From Bradymonadia bacterium (lineage in GTDB: Bacteria > Myxococcota_A > Bradymonadia > UBA7976 > UBA1532): a DNA stretch of 64,000 nt. Positions 1-8,925 of the stretch are shown here, piece by piece. The notes beneath the pieces are model-generated. The model saw only the letters and a list, made by a program, of their open reading frames with translations, did not search any database and had not been told where the DNA came from. How positions within the stretch are numbered: position 1 is the first letter of the stretch; every line of letters begins with the position of its first letter. The stretch spans positions 1 to 64,000 of the forward strand of contig JBKAGE010000036.1 in NCBI GenBank assembly GCA_046290225.1, written 5' to 3'. A program made the translations under genes and the position numbers.

Positions 1-140
1 AACGACCTGAGAGTTCAGGTCTTGGGGTGTATGGAGGTCAAAACCTCCAATGAGAGACACATGGGGCCGAGTGGAGCCTCCACCATCACACACCCACGAA
101 CGGAATCATGCAGGGCCACGGGTTCACACCCGTAAAACTC

Positions 141-170
141 GTGCCCGTGCCCGTGCCCGTGCCCGTGCCC
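141..170. repeat. (GTGCCC)5 hexanucleotide tandem repeat
   Basis: Five exact copies read directly, downstream of the alaS stop; flanked by near-identical CCCG(T/A)AAAACTC at 129-140 and 168-179. Confidence 0.9.
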
Positions 171-215
171 GAAAAACTCTCTCTGCGAGCGAAGGCGTCA
201 GCCGCAGCGAGGGCT

Positions 216-2870
216 TCAGCTGCCCTGCGCAGCCACCAGCTCCGAGACTTTCTCGATGGCTGCGGCGAGACCCGAAGGATCCTTACCACCACCTTGAGCG
301 AAGTCCGGGCGACCGCCGCCGCGACCATCGACCAGAGGCACGATGGCCTTGAGGATGTTCCCCACATGGAACTTGCCCTTACTGCGGGGCCCCACCCCGC
401 CGATGATGGCGGCGCTGCCACCCACGTCGGCGCCGAGGACCACCACAGCGTCGGGCAGCTTGTCCCGTACGGCGTCGACGAGGGCCGAGAGGGCCTTGCG
501 ATCATCGAGATCCACGACCGAAGCCACGAGAGGCACACCGGCCACCTCGACCTTGCCGCCGAGCAGACCGTCGAGCAGGCTGCCGCCACCGCGGCGGGCC
601 TTGTCCAGGGCTTTGTTCAGATCCTTGATCTCCGTCAGCAGGCTCTCCACCCGCTGGGGCAGACGACCAGCTTCGGCCTTCGCCGCCCGCGCCGTGGCCC
701 GGATGAGATCCCGCTGCGCGCGATCGTGGGCGTCGGCGGCGTGAGCCACCACAGCCTCGATACGACGCACGCCTGCGGAGACACCCGTCTCGCCGGTGAC
801 GCGGATGAGACCGATGTCACCGGTGCGGGCCACGTGGTTGCCACCACACAGTTCGAAAGACTCGGCGCCCGCGCGCACGGTGCGTACGCTGTCGCCGTAC
901 TTCTCACCGAAAAGCGCAGTGACACCCTGGGCCTTGGCGTCGTCGAGGGACACGCCATCGGTGACCACCACCTCGTCATTGCGACGAATTCGAGCGTTCA
1001 CCCAGTCCTCCACGGCGTCGATCTCATCGGCGGTCATGGGGGCTTTGTGGCTGAAGTCGAAGCGCAGACGATCAGGAGACACCACGGAGCCCTTCTGCTG
1101 CACGTGCTCGCCAAGGATGGCCTGGAGGCCAGCGTGCAACAGGTGAGTCGCGGTGTGGTGCACGGTCTTCTGAGCCCGGCGCGCAACGTCGACATTGGCC
1201 GTCACCACCGTGTCGGCGGCGAGGTTGTCGAGGCTGCCGTCGGCGACGCGACAGAAGTGATGGATGATGCCCACCACCTTCTGCACATCGGTGACATCGA
1301 GGTTGAAGCCCGGGCCAGTGAGCGTGCCGTGATCGGCGACCTCGCCACCACTCTCGGCGTAGAAAGGCGTGGACTGCAGCACCAACTCGATGAGAGGGCG
1401 CTGATCCGGGTCCTTCTCCTTCACTGGCATCGTGCGCCAGCGAATGACGGAGGTCTCCAGGGTGCTCAAGCCGTAATCGGCGAAACCGTCACCGGCGCCC
1501 TCACCGAGGTTCACCCACTCACCGGCGTCGCCGTAGAACTTGTCTTTGCCGCCGCTCTTCCCCTTCTGCTCCTCCATCTCCCTCTGATAACCAGCATGGT
1601 CGACCGTGAAACCCTTCTCCTCGGCAATGATCTCGGTGAGATCGACCGGGAAGCCATAGGTGTCGTAGAGCTTAAAGAGTGCCTTACCGGGCACGACCTT
1701 GGCCTCGGTGTTCTGCTCCATCACATCTTCGAGCATGCCCATACCGCGCCCGATGGTGCGGAAGAATGTCTGCTCTTCTGCCTTGATGGCGCCCGTGGTG
1801 TTGTCGAGCACGCTCGAAGGCAGGTCGTACACACCCTCGAACTGCTCGGCCACCGTGGGGATCAGCTGCCACATGAAGGGCTTCTCGAGCCCGAGCATGT
1901 ATCCATGGCGGACGGCCCTGCGCAGGATGCGCTTGAGCACATACTCGCGGCCCGTGTTGCCGAAGGCGCCACCGTCGCTGATGGCGTGGGTCAGGCAGCG
2001 AATGTGGTCCGCGATCACCTGCATGTGCACGCGCTGCTCGGGGTTCTCCCAGTCACCACCAGAGATCTTCTGGATGTGCTTCAGGATCGGCTGGAACAGA
2101 TCCGTGTCGTAGGCGCTCACCTTCCCCTGCAGGATCATGGTGATGCGCTCGAGGCCCATGCCCGTGTCCACCGACTGCATGGCCAGCGGAGTGACGTTGC
2201 CGTCCTTGTCGCGGTTGGACTGCATGAACACGTTGTTCCAGAACTCCATGTAGCGGTCGCCTTCGCCGCCCATGTAGTCCTCGGGGCCTGTGCCCGCCTC
2301 GGGGCCCAGATCGTAGAACAACTCTGTGCAGGGGCCGCAGGGGCCCGTGGGGCCCATGGACCAGAAGTTCTCCTCGTCGCCGTTCTCCACGTCGCCGAAG
2401 CGGTAGATGCGCTTGGGGTCGAAGCCGATCTCGTCCACCCACATCTGGAAGCTCTCGTCGTCGTCTTTGTAGACGCTGACATAGATGCGCTCCGGGTCGA
2501 GGCCGAAGACGTTCACCGAGAGGTCCCACGACATCTTGATCGACTCGAGCTTGTAGTAGTCGCCGAATGACCAGTTCCCGAGCATTTCGAAGAAGGTCAG
2601 GTGACGGCCGTCTTTGCCCACAGCATCGAGATCGTTGTGCTTACCACCGGCGCGGATGCACTTCTGCGCCGAGGTGGCCCGGGTGTAGTCCCGCTTCTCT
2701 TCACCGAGCAGCAGCGACTTGAACTGGTTCATGCCGGCGTTGGCGAAGAGCAGGGTGTTGTCGTCCTTCGGAATCAACGGGGACGATGCCACCTCCCGGT
2801 GCTCGAGGCCCGGGCGGTTGACGAAATAATCGAGGAACGTGCGCCGAATGCGCTTTTGATCCCAGCTCAT
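216..2870 (-). CDS. alaS: Alanine--tRNA ligase
   Basis: FANAGMNQFK, HLTFFEMLGNWSFGDY, GPCGPC, DTGMGLER, editing HTATHLLH/ELCGGNH, C-terminal GGGRPDFAQGGG; GGAG RBS. Confidence 0.98.
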   Translation of the reverse strand: MSWDQKRIRRTFLDYFVNRPGLEHREVASSPLIPKDDNTLLFANAGMNQFKSLLLGEEKRDYTRATSAQKCIRAGGKHNDLDAVGKDGRHLTFFEMLGNWSFGDYYKLESIKMSWDLSVNVFGLDPERIYVSVYKDDDESFQMWVDEIGFDPKRIYRFGDVENGDEENFWSMGPTGPCGPCTELFYDLGPEAGTGPEDYMGGEGDRYMEFWNNVFMQSNRDKDGNVTPLAMQSVDTGMGLERITMILQGKVSAYDTDLFQPILKHIQKISGGDWENPEQRVHMQVIADHIRCLTHAISDGGAFGNTGREYVLKRILRRAVRHGYMLGLEKPFMWQLIPTVAEQFEGVYDLPSSVLDNTTGAIKAEEQTFFRTIGRGMGMLEDVMEQNTEAKVVPGKALFKLYDTYGFPVDLTEIIAEEKGFTVDHAGYQREMEEQKGKSGGKDKFYGDAGEWVNLGEGAGDGFADYGLSTLETSVIRWRTMPVKEKDPDQRPLIELVLQSTPFYAESGGEVADHGTLTGPGFNLDVTDVQKVVGIIHHFCRVADGSLDNLAADTVVTANVDVARRAQKTVHHTATHLLHAGLQAILGEHVQQKGSVVSPDRLRFDFSHKAPMTADEIDAVEDWVNARIRRNDEVVVTDGVSLDDAKAQGVTALFGEKYGDSVRTVRAGAESFELCGGNHVARTGDIGLIRVTGETGVSAGVRRIEAVVAHAADAHDRAQRDLIRATARAAKAEAGRLPQRVESLLTEIKDLNKALDKARRGGGSLLDGLLGGKVEVAGVPLVASVVDLDDRKALSALVDAVRDKLPDAVVVLGADVGGSAAIIGGVGPRSKGKFHVGNILKAIVPLVDGRGGGRPDFAQGGGKDPSGLAAAIEKVSELVAAQGS

Positions 2871-3024
2871 GGTTTTCTCTCCAGGCCCAGTTCAGCGGGC
2901 TGGTCGTGGAACCGCCATGAGGTAATGCACCAACCCCAATGTGTCAACGACGCACGGCGCAGCGAGGCCCTTTGCCGTGGCCGGGCGCACTGAACCCATG
3001 CACAGCATCTCCGTGGAGCAGGGG

Positions 3025-3053
3025 TTGACAGGCCCCTGACCGCTCCCTAGTGT
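3025..3053 (+). promoter_or_regulatory. sigma70-type promoter
   Basis: TTGACA-N17-TAGTGT upstream of the lipoprotein gene. Confidence 0.6.
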
Positions 3054-3086
3054 GCGCCCCGTTTCGGGCTGTCTGCACAGGTGTTC

Positions 3087-3596
3087 ATGCGCACTCAGGT
3101 CCTCTCCCTCCCCGCGCCGTCGTTTGCCCCGGGCCTCGCCCTCGGGGGCATCTCGACAGGCAAACGATGGCTTCGCGGCACGCTCGCCGCCCTCATGGCG
3201 CTCTTTTCTCTGGCCATGCTCTCCGGATGCTCCGGGGGCAAGGCCGATCAGCAGATGAGGGGCTCTTGGGCCGTCGACGTCGAGGCCCTCAAAGACACCG
3301 ACGAGTTCAAGGCCATGCCCGAGGCGGAGCGACGGCTCACCCAGAGCATGCTCAATGCCTACGCCAACGTCCGGTTCGAGATCACTGCCGATCGCATGAC
3401 CATGTCGGGCCTCACGGCCACGGCAGAGGAACTGAGCTACTCGGTGAAGTCGGTGAACGGGACCCAGGTGACCATCGAGACCCTGAGGAGCGGACAGCCA
3501 GGGGCTACGCCCACTCGCAGCGAGGTCACCGTGGAGGGAGACCGCATGTGGATCAAGATGCGGAACCACACCCTGGTGCTGCGCCGCAGGCAGTAG
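3087..3596 (+). CDS. Hypothetical lipoprotein
   Basis: Hydrophobic stretch ending in LSGC lipobox; host-like codon bias; start uncertain. Confidence 0.75.
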   Translation: MRTQVLSLPAPSFAPGLALGGISTGKRWLRGTLAALMALFSLAMLSGCSGGKADQQMRGSWAVDVEALKDTDEFKAMPEAERRLTQSMLNAYANVRFEITADRMTMSGLTATAEELSYSVKSVNGTQVTIETLRSGQPGATPTRSEVTVEGDRMWIKMRNHTLVLRRRQ

Positions 3597-3617
3597 CCCC
3601 CTACCCCCTCAGAGACT

Positions 3618-3674
3618 CTCAGTCGTGGCGCTCAGCAGTGGTGCTCAGCGGCGGTGCTCAGCGGCGGTGCTCAG
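3618..3674. repeat. 13-bp imperfect tandem repeat (CTCAGCGGCGGTG x4 plus a partial copy)
   Basis: Units start at 3618, 3631, 3644, 3657 and 3670, between convergent genes. Confidence 0.85.
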
Positions 3675-4201
3675 GATTCACCGTCGCTCACGTCTCGGTT
3701 GAGGCTGGGCCACCCGGCCAGCGAGGCGCGCCACGATCGGGGCACCTCGCACAGCAACCGCCGGGTGCCGTCCGCGTTCGGCTCTCGGGCGAGACGGCCG
3801 CACCCGATGACCAGCTCTTCGGTCCGTACGATGCAGTAGCCCCGGCCGTCATCCACAGGCACGACGTCCAACGGGCCATCTTCCAGGAACATCAACGCCT
3901 CGGCGTCGGAGAGCTGATACACGTTCCGCGTGGCGTGGTGGCCGAACTCCAACAGGAAGCTGCTGGTGGGCTTTCCCCCAGGGGGTGGATCTCGGAGCGC
4001 CATCATGCCGATGGCCTCGACCTTGGCCCCAGGCGGCGGGCAGCAATCAGCGCCGACGATCCAGAGGGCCGGTGCCCCGACACGCTGCCACAGTTTGTGC
4101 TGGGCGAAGACCGCTTGGGGGATCCCATAGCGGCTCTCCAGCCATTGCCAGACCTGCTCGGCCTCGCTGTAGGGCTCAAAGACGGCGGAGACGGGCGACA
4201 A
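3671..4201 (-). CDS. Small protein coupled to the m5C methyltransferase (pre-PUA/PUA-like, resembles the haloarchaeal partner of RsmB/NOP genes)
   Basis: TTG start at 4201 with GGAGG 5 nt upstream, overlapping the 3' end of the MTase gene; motifs WLESRYGIP, KPTSSFLLEFGHHATRNV. Confidence 0.7.
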   Translation of the reverse strand: MSPVSAVFEPYSEAEQVWQWLESRYGIPQAVFAQHKLWQRVGAPALWIVGADCCPPPGAKVEAIGMMALRDPPPGGKPTSSFLLEFGHHATRNVYQLSDAEALMFLEDGPLDVVPVDDGRGYCIVRTEELVIGCGRLAREPNADGTRRLLCEVPRSWRASLAGWPSLNRDVSDGES

Positions 4202-5111
4202 AGAAGCCTCCTGTGTCGTTGTGATGGGGCCACATGCGCATGCCATGCACCACGTCGGGGCGATAGCGGTCGGACCCCCAGTCCAGAATGCCTGGCGTCA
4301 CGGTCAAGCCCTCAGGCGGCGTCACCGGCTCGATGACCGCCACCGAGGGATCAATGCCGTCGAGCACGCCTTCGTTCTCTTCTGGGGCATAGGTGCAGGT
4401 GGCGTACACCACCACGCCTCCGGGCTTCACGAGCTTCAGCGCTCGACGGAGCAGGCCGCGCTGCACCCCTACGACCCACCTGCGGTGGCCCTCGGCCCCT
4501 TTACGTCGCCGCCCTTCTGCCTTACGGCTCGTGCCCTCACACGTGCAGGGCACGTCGGCGAGCACCCGGTCGTAGCCACCCGGCAGCTCGGGAAACGTGA
4601 GACCGTCTTCGTGGGTCACCACCGCTGAGGTCATCCCCAAGCGATCGAGGGTGCGCCGCAGGGCCGAGAGTCGATCGAAGCGCCGCTCGTTGGCCACCAG
4701 CGTGCCTCGCCCCTGCATGGCCAGAGCGATCTGTGCGGTCTTGTTCCCTGGAGCGGCACACAGATCGAGCACCCGCTCTCCAGGCTGAGGATCGAGTACA
4801 TCCACCGCCCAGAGGGCCGCCTCTTCCTGTCCGTGCAGCCACCCGGTGAGATACTCGGGCCACTTCCCCGGGCGGGCGTCAGGTGGGAGGCGCCATGCCC
4901 CCTCTCGCCAGGTCAGGGCCTTCGCCTCGGGGCATCGCCCCTGAACCACACGCTCCACAGCCTGAGCCGACACACGGCGGGTGTTGGCCCACACGACCCG
5001 ATCCAGGGGCCTGTCAGCGGCGGCCATGAAGGCCTCGAAGTCGTCGACGAGGTCTCGATAGCGGTGCAGATGCGCCAGGGGTACGTTTTTTTCCGGCGAG
5101 GCGTCGCCCAT
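4176..5111 (-). CDS. RsmB/NOP (NOL1/NOP2/Sun) RNA cytosine-C5 methyltransferase
   Basis: DLCAAPGNKT (motif I), LADVPCTCEG (motif IV PC), YATCTYAPEENE (motif VI TC), PHHNDTGGFFVARL. Confidence 0.93.
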   Translation of the reverse strand: MGDASPEKNVPLAHLHRYRDLVDDFEAFMAAADRPLDRVVWANTRRVSAQAVERVVQGRCPEAKALTWREGAWRLPPDARPGKWPEYLTGWLHGQEEAALWAVDVLDPQPGERVLDLCAAPGNKTAQIALAMQGRGTLVANERRFDRLSALRRTLDRLGMTSAVVTHEDGLTFPELPGGYDRVLADVPCTCEGTSRKAEGRRRKGAEGHRRWVVGVQRGLLRRALKLVKPGGVVVYATCTYAPEENEGVLDGIDPSVAVIEPVTPPEGLTVTPGILDWGSDRYRPDVVHGMRMWPHHNDTGGFFVARLRRL

Positions 5112-5205
5112 GTGTGTCTTCAATGTTTCTCGATTGTTACTTTGAAGCTGCCGGCAGGATGCTCCTCATAACAGACTTTTCACAAGATGTTGTGAAAAAG
5201 TGACC

Positions 5206-5233
5206 TTGTCAGCGCCGAGGGAGCGCCTATAAT
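5206..5233 (+). promoter_or_regulatory. sigma70 promoter of the 6S RNA
   Basis: TTGTCA-N16-TATAAT; predicted +1 near 5240-5241 coincides with the start of the terminal stem. Confidence 0.85.
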
Positions 5234-5240
5234 CATTTTC

Positions 5241-5468
5241 AGGCAGCCAGAGAAGGCTGAAAGCGTGAGGGCTAGAGTTAAATCCCTGAGTACCTGTACC
5301 CTCGGGATCGGTCACTGCGTGCGGTGAGCAGGCCTGTGTATCACGGGTAGGGTTCGCGCCCTACGGCAGGAAGCCTAAAGCACCTAATCACCTTTCCCAC
5401 CTCTACTTGAGGTTCAGGGTTTTAACGGGTTGACCCAAGATTCGACTTTGGTTTTCTCTGTGCTGTCT
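5241..5468 (+). ncRNA. ssrS: 6S RNA
   Basis: Rod-like fold: 5241-5263 pairs with 5446-5468; central bubble; GTTAAATCCCTGA/TCAGGGTTTTAAC stem; 6S-type blocks GGTGAGCAGGCC, GGAAGCCTAAAG, CCCACCT, GGTTCA; has its own promoter and terminator. Confidence 0.82.
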
Positions 5469-5473
5469 ATTTT

Positions 5474-5500
5474 AAAGCGCCCTGCGGGGCGCTTTTTTTT
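5474..5500 (+). terminator. Intrinsic terminator
   Basis: AAAGCGCCCTGCGGGGCGCTTT hairpin running into a T8 tract. Confidence 0.92.
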
Positions 5501-5672
5501 ATGCGCTCAGGATAATTCAGGCTGAATCAATGCCTGAAAGTCACTGCACTGTCCTGAACAGCGCTCAACCAACATACTTTGTGTTGTGAATCTGAAGGCA
5601 GCTCAGCGCCTGATGATGTGAGGCATGGCTCTGGAGAGTGGAGCAACACACACAACTGACAGGTTCAGCCCA

Positions 5673-6266
5673 TCAGTGGAAGGTGAACCGGATCTCGTAG
5701 TCGCAGAGGTAGACGGTGTCGCCCTCTTCGATGCGTTTATGCTCGATCCGCTTGCCGTTGTACTCGATGCCGTTGGTGCTATCGAGGTCTTTGATGAAGT
5801 AGCTGCCGTTGCGGAAGATGACTGCCGCATGCTTGCGGGAGATGTTCCCGTCGCGGATCGTCAAATCAGTGCCCTGGGTCCCACGGCCGATGACGAACCG
5901 GTCGGTGTCGCACCGATACCGTTGCCCATTGAAGAGCAGGTACAGCGTCGGGCGGTGGTGATGGGCCACCTGAGGGGTCTCCTGCCCGGGTATCGGGGGC
6001 GGACGCCGACGCTGCTGAGGCTGAGGTGCCGGGGTCTGATGATGCGGCTGAGGGTAGCCGCCGTGCTGAGGCTGCGGTGTCGCCTCAGGGGCGCCCGTGC
6101 GCTGCGAGGACAGGCTGTAGTTGCGGCTGCGGGCGTAGTGCCGCATGGACTCGTTGATCAGATAGTCCATGGAGCAGCCGAGGTCCCGGGTCATCACCTC
6201 GAACAGCTCCCACAGATAATCTCTGCAGTAAAAGCTTCGGAGGGTCTTGCGATTTTGATCCGCCAT
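5673..6266 (-). CDS. FHA-domain protein with N-terminal ribbon-helix-helix-like segment
   Basis: C-terminal FHA motifs IGRG, ISRKHA, DLDSTNG; N-terminal RSFYCRDYLWELF...DYLINESMRHYA; Pro/Gln linker. Confidence 0.88.
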   Translation of the reverse strand: MADQNRKTLRSFYCRDYLWELFEVMTRDLGCSMDYLINESMRHYARSRNYSLSSQRTGAPEATPQPQHGGYPQPHHQTPAPQPQQRRRPPPIPGQETPQVAHHHRPTLYLLFNGQRYRCDTDRFVIGRGTQGTDLTIRDGNISRKHAAVIFRNGSYFIKDLDSTNGIEYNGKRIEHKRIEEGDTVYLCDYEIRFTFH

Positions 6267-6469
6267 GAATCCTCTTGTCGCCGTGCGTGGCTCACTACAT
6301 TTGCTGTGTTCACTGCCGGTGGAGGCAAGTCATCGCTGCATCGAACGGGCAGAGACAACGTTTCTTAGCAGAGGACCGATGTTTTGTGAATGATGCGCCT
6401 TCTGCCCTGTTGGGCTCACGGCGTGTTCCCCAGTCGGCACGCCTTGATGAGGATCATGAGGAGAATGTC

Positions 6470-6919
6470 ATGCGGGTGGTTGTTCAGCGGGTAAGCAGGG
6501 CCCAGGTCACGGTAGAAGGTGAGGTCGTCGGGGCCATCGAGCGGGGGTTCTTGCTCCTTGTAGGCATCGCCCGCGGTGACGACGTGCGGGGCATCACCCC
6601 CCTTGCGAGCAAGATCGCCGGGCTCCGGGTCTTCGAAGATGACGCGGGCAAGATGAACCTCGACATCAAGGCTGTGGGTGGAGCGGTGCTGGCGGTCTCA
6701 CAATTCACCCTCATGGGTGATTGCCGCAAAGGGCGGAGGCCATCTTTCTTCGAGGCGGGTCGCCCGGAAGACGCCCGGCCTCTCTTCGAGGCCTTTGTGG
6801 AGGCCCTCAAGTCCGAGGGCCTTCAGGTGGAGACCGGCGTGTTCCAGGCGCACATGGACGTCGAGCTCGTCAACGATGGTCCGGTGACGTTGCTGCTCGA
6901 CTCTGATCGTCAGTTCTGA
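6470..6919 (+). CDS. dtd: D-aminoacyl-tRNA deacylase
   Basis: [36 protein letters not shown]. Confidence 0.97.
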   Translation: MRVVVQRVSRAQVTVEGEVVGAIERGFLLLVGIARGDDVRGITPLASKIAGLRVFEDDAGKMNLDIKAVGGAVLAVSQFTLMGDCRKGRRPSFFEAGRPEDARPLFEAFVEALKSEGLQVETGVFQAHMDVELVNDGPVTLLLDSDRQF

Positions 6920-7793
6920 GTGCAGGTGAGGGCGTCTTTCGGGTGCGCTTTTGCGTCACGGTCACGCCAATGCCCGTCAAGATGACGCCCACCGAGACCC
7001 ACTGCAACGTGGTGAGATGCTCTCCCAACCAGATGACCCCACCCACAGCCGCCACCGCAGGGACCAGGAGTTGAGCGACCCCCGCGGTGGCCATGCTGAG
7101 GCGAGGGACCGTGGCATACCAGATCACGTAGCCCAGGCCTGAAGTCACGGCACCGGAGAGCACGCCCAGAAGCAAGCCAGTGGTGCTCACCTCACCGATG
7201 AAGATACCCAATGGGGCGGCGAGGACTGCGGCGCCGATGAAGTTACGTGCCGTGCGGGCCACAGGATCTGTCACCCCTTTGCCCAGCACGCTGTACACAC
7301 CCCAGGCCACCCCTGCCAGGGCCATACCGCACACCGGCCAGATGGCGCCCTCGAGCTTCAACCCCGGCGTCAACAACGCCACCAGGCCTCCCAGGGCCAC
7401 GGTCAGCCCCAGAAGTTCACGGTGCGATGGGCGCTGACCCTTCAAGGCGCTCACGCCCGACATCGTGAACTGCACACAGGCAAACAGAATCAACGCCCCC
7501 AACGCAGCGCCCATGGAGACATAGGCGAAGGTGAAGCCCGCGGCGTAAGTGAAGAGCGAGATGACGCCGGCGATGTCTGCCCGACGCGGTCGGATATATG
7601 CGCCTTTGATGCCGCCGATGATCGCCAGCACGAGGGCCCCTGATCCGAGACGTACGACGACGAACGCCTCGGGGCCGAGGTGACCATCGGCGAGGGCAGC
7701 TCGGGTGATGAGGGAGTTCCCGGCGAAGGCCACGATGGTGATGACGGTCAGCCCGAGGGTGACGATCGCTGGATGCATGCTCAGCCTGCCCAT
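6870..7793 (-). CDS. EamA/DMT family transporter
   Basis: About 10 hydrophobic helices; [27 protein letters not shown]. Confidence 0.9.
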   Translation of the reverse strand: MGRLSMHPAIVTLGLTVITIVAFAGNSLITRAALADGHLGPEAFVVVRLGSGALVLAIIGGIKGAYIRPRRADIAGVISLFTYAAGFTFAYVSMGAALGALILFACVQFTMSGVSALKGQRPSHRELLGLTVALGGLVALLTPGLKLEGAIWPVCGMALAGVAWGVYSVLGKGVTDPVARTARNFIGAAVLAAPLGIFIGEVSTTGLLLGVLSGAVTSGLGYVIWYATVPRLSMATAGVAQLLVPAVAAVGGVIWLGEHLTTLQWVSVGVILTGIGVTVTQKRTRKTPSPALRTDDQSRAATSPDHR

Positions 7794-8081
7794 GAGTCTC
7801 GAAGAGATACAGCTCTGGAGATGGCCCGAACCTGCAGGGGTTTCAGCACACCGAATGTCACGCAGGGTAAAATTTGTCTCTCCATACCCTTTCGGGCTCG
7901 TGACACTGTGTCATCGGGTCGTCTCCATGCGGCTCGGGGGCGTGGCCTCGGCATTGCCTGAGAATGAGGGCCGTGATACCTAGCCCCGTTCAGCCTGACC
8001 CGGGGTGCACCTTTCGACCACAACGTGTTGAAGGCCCCACCCCTCGAACGCGTTCAACGCACAAACCTGCAGAGACAGCCG

Positions 8082-8906
8082 ATGTATACCCTCCTGCTTT
8101 CCCTCGGCGTCACCCTCTTCATCATCTTCGTGCCCATGCTCTTCGGCGTCGGCGCTCAATGGACGGTGTTGTTGGGGTTCATCCTGGGGATCATCTCCTT
8201 CATCTGGGTGGGGCGCCGTATCAGCCGCCGCATTCAAGCGGTGACCCAGGCGTCAGACCGCGAGCTGGCCACGCTCCAGCAGCTGGCCCAACAGCGCCCT
8301 GGGCCCAAGACCCAGCAGCTCGTGGCTCGGAAGTTCGACGCCGCCATCGAGGTGCTCAAGCGCGGCTTCATCTTCGAGAAGTGGCAGCTCGGCGCCAGTA
8401 CGATGTTCAACGCCCGAGTGGGCATGCTGCTCTTCTCCAAGCCCATGTTGATCCCCAAGGCCCGGGTGGCTGAGGCGATCCCCTACCTCGAGAAGGCCCG
8501 GGCCAAGGGCCTTAAGGCCAAACTGCTCAAGGGCATGTGGCCTGCGTGGGCCATGCTGGGTGTGGCGTACTACCGCACCAAGCGCGATCTCAGCGAAGTG
8601 CGCGGGGTCTTCGACGGTGCCATCAAGGTGGTCAAGAACGACGGCCTGCTCTACTCGGTGTACGCTTGGATCCTCGCCAAGGAGAAGCAGACCGACGCCG
8701 CCATCGAGGTGCTGCTCGCGGCCAAGAAGGAGCTGCCCTCCGACGAGCGTATCGCCGAGAACCTCAATGCGCTGCAGAATGGGAAGAACATGAAGATGCG
8801 TTCCTACGGCGAGCAGTGGTACCAGTTCGGCCTCGAGAAGCCCAAGGCTGCTCAGATGAAGCCCCAGATGTCCCACCCCAGGGCCCGCGGCGCCCGGCGC
8901 CGTTGA
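8082..8906 (+). CDS. Membrane-anchored TPR-like hypothetical protein
   Basis: Two N-terminal TM helices, helical repeats, strong codon bias; precedes the kinase gene by 19 bp. Confidence 0.78.
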   Translation: MYTLLLSLGVTLFIIFVPMLFGVGAQWTVLLGFILGIISFIWVGRRISRRIQAVTQASDRELATLQQLAQQRPGPKTQQLVARKFDAAIEVLKRGFIFEKWQLGASTMFNARVGMLLFSKPMLIPKARVAEAIPYLEKARAKGLKAKLLKGMWPAWAMLGVAYYRTKRDLSEVRGVFDGAIKVVKNDGLLYSVYAWILAKEKQTDAAIEVLLAAKKELPSDERIAENLNALQNGKNMKMRSYGEQWYQFGLEKPKAAQMKPQMSHPRARGARRR

Positions 8907-8925
8907 GCCTGCGCCGGCGAGCTGC

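Noticed and set aside
1..60. Possible minus-strand gene start (GTG at 60) running off the window
   Set aside because: Only 20 codons visible, poor RBS spacing, and it overlaps the hairpin cluster
108..2570. 820-aa plus-strand ORF, and similar long ORFs at 13043, 17279, 23835, 25109, 34078 and 55180
   Set aside because: Antisense shadows of well-supported genes; expected from GC-rich codon bias and without recognisable motifs
216..6919. Functional link alaS-dtd (DTD removes Gly mischarged on tRNA-Ala)
   Set aside because: 3.6 kb apart, on opposite strands and in separate transcription units; proximity is probably incidental
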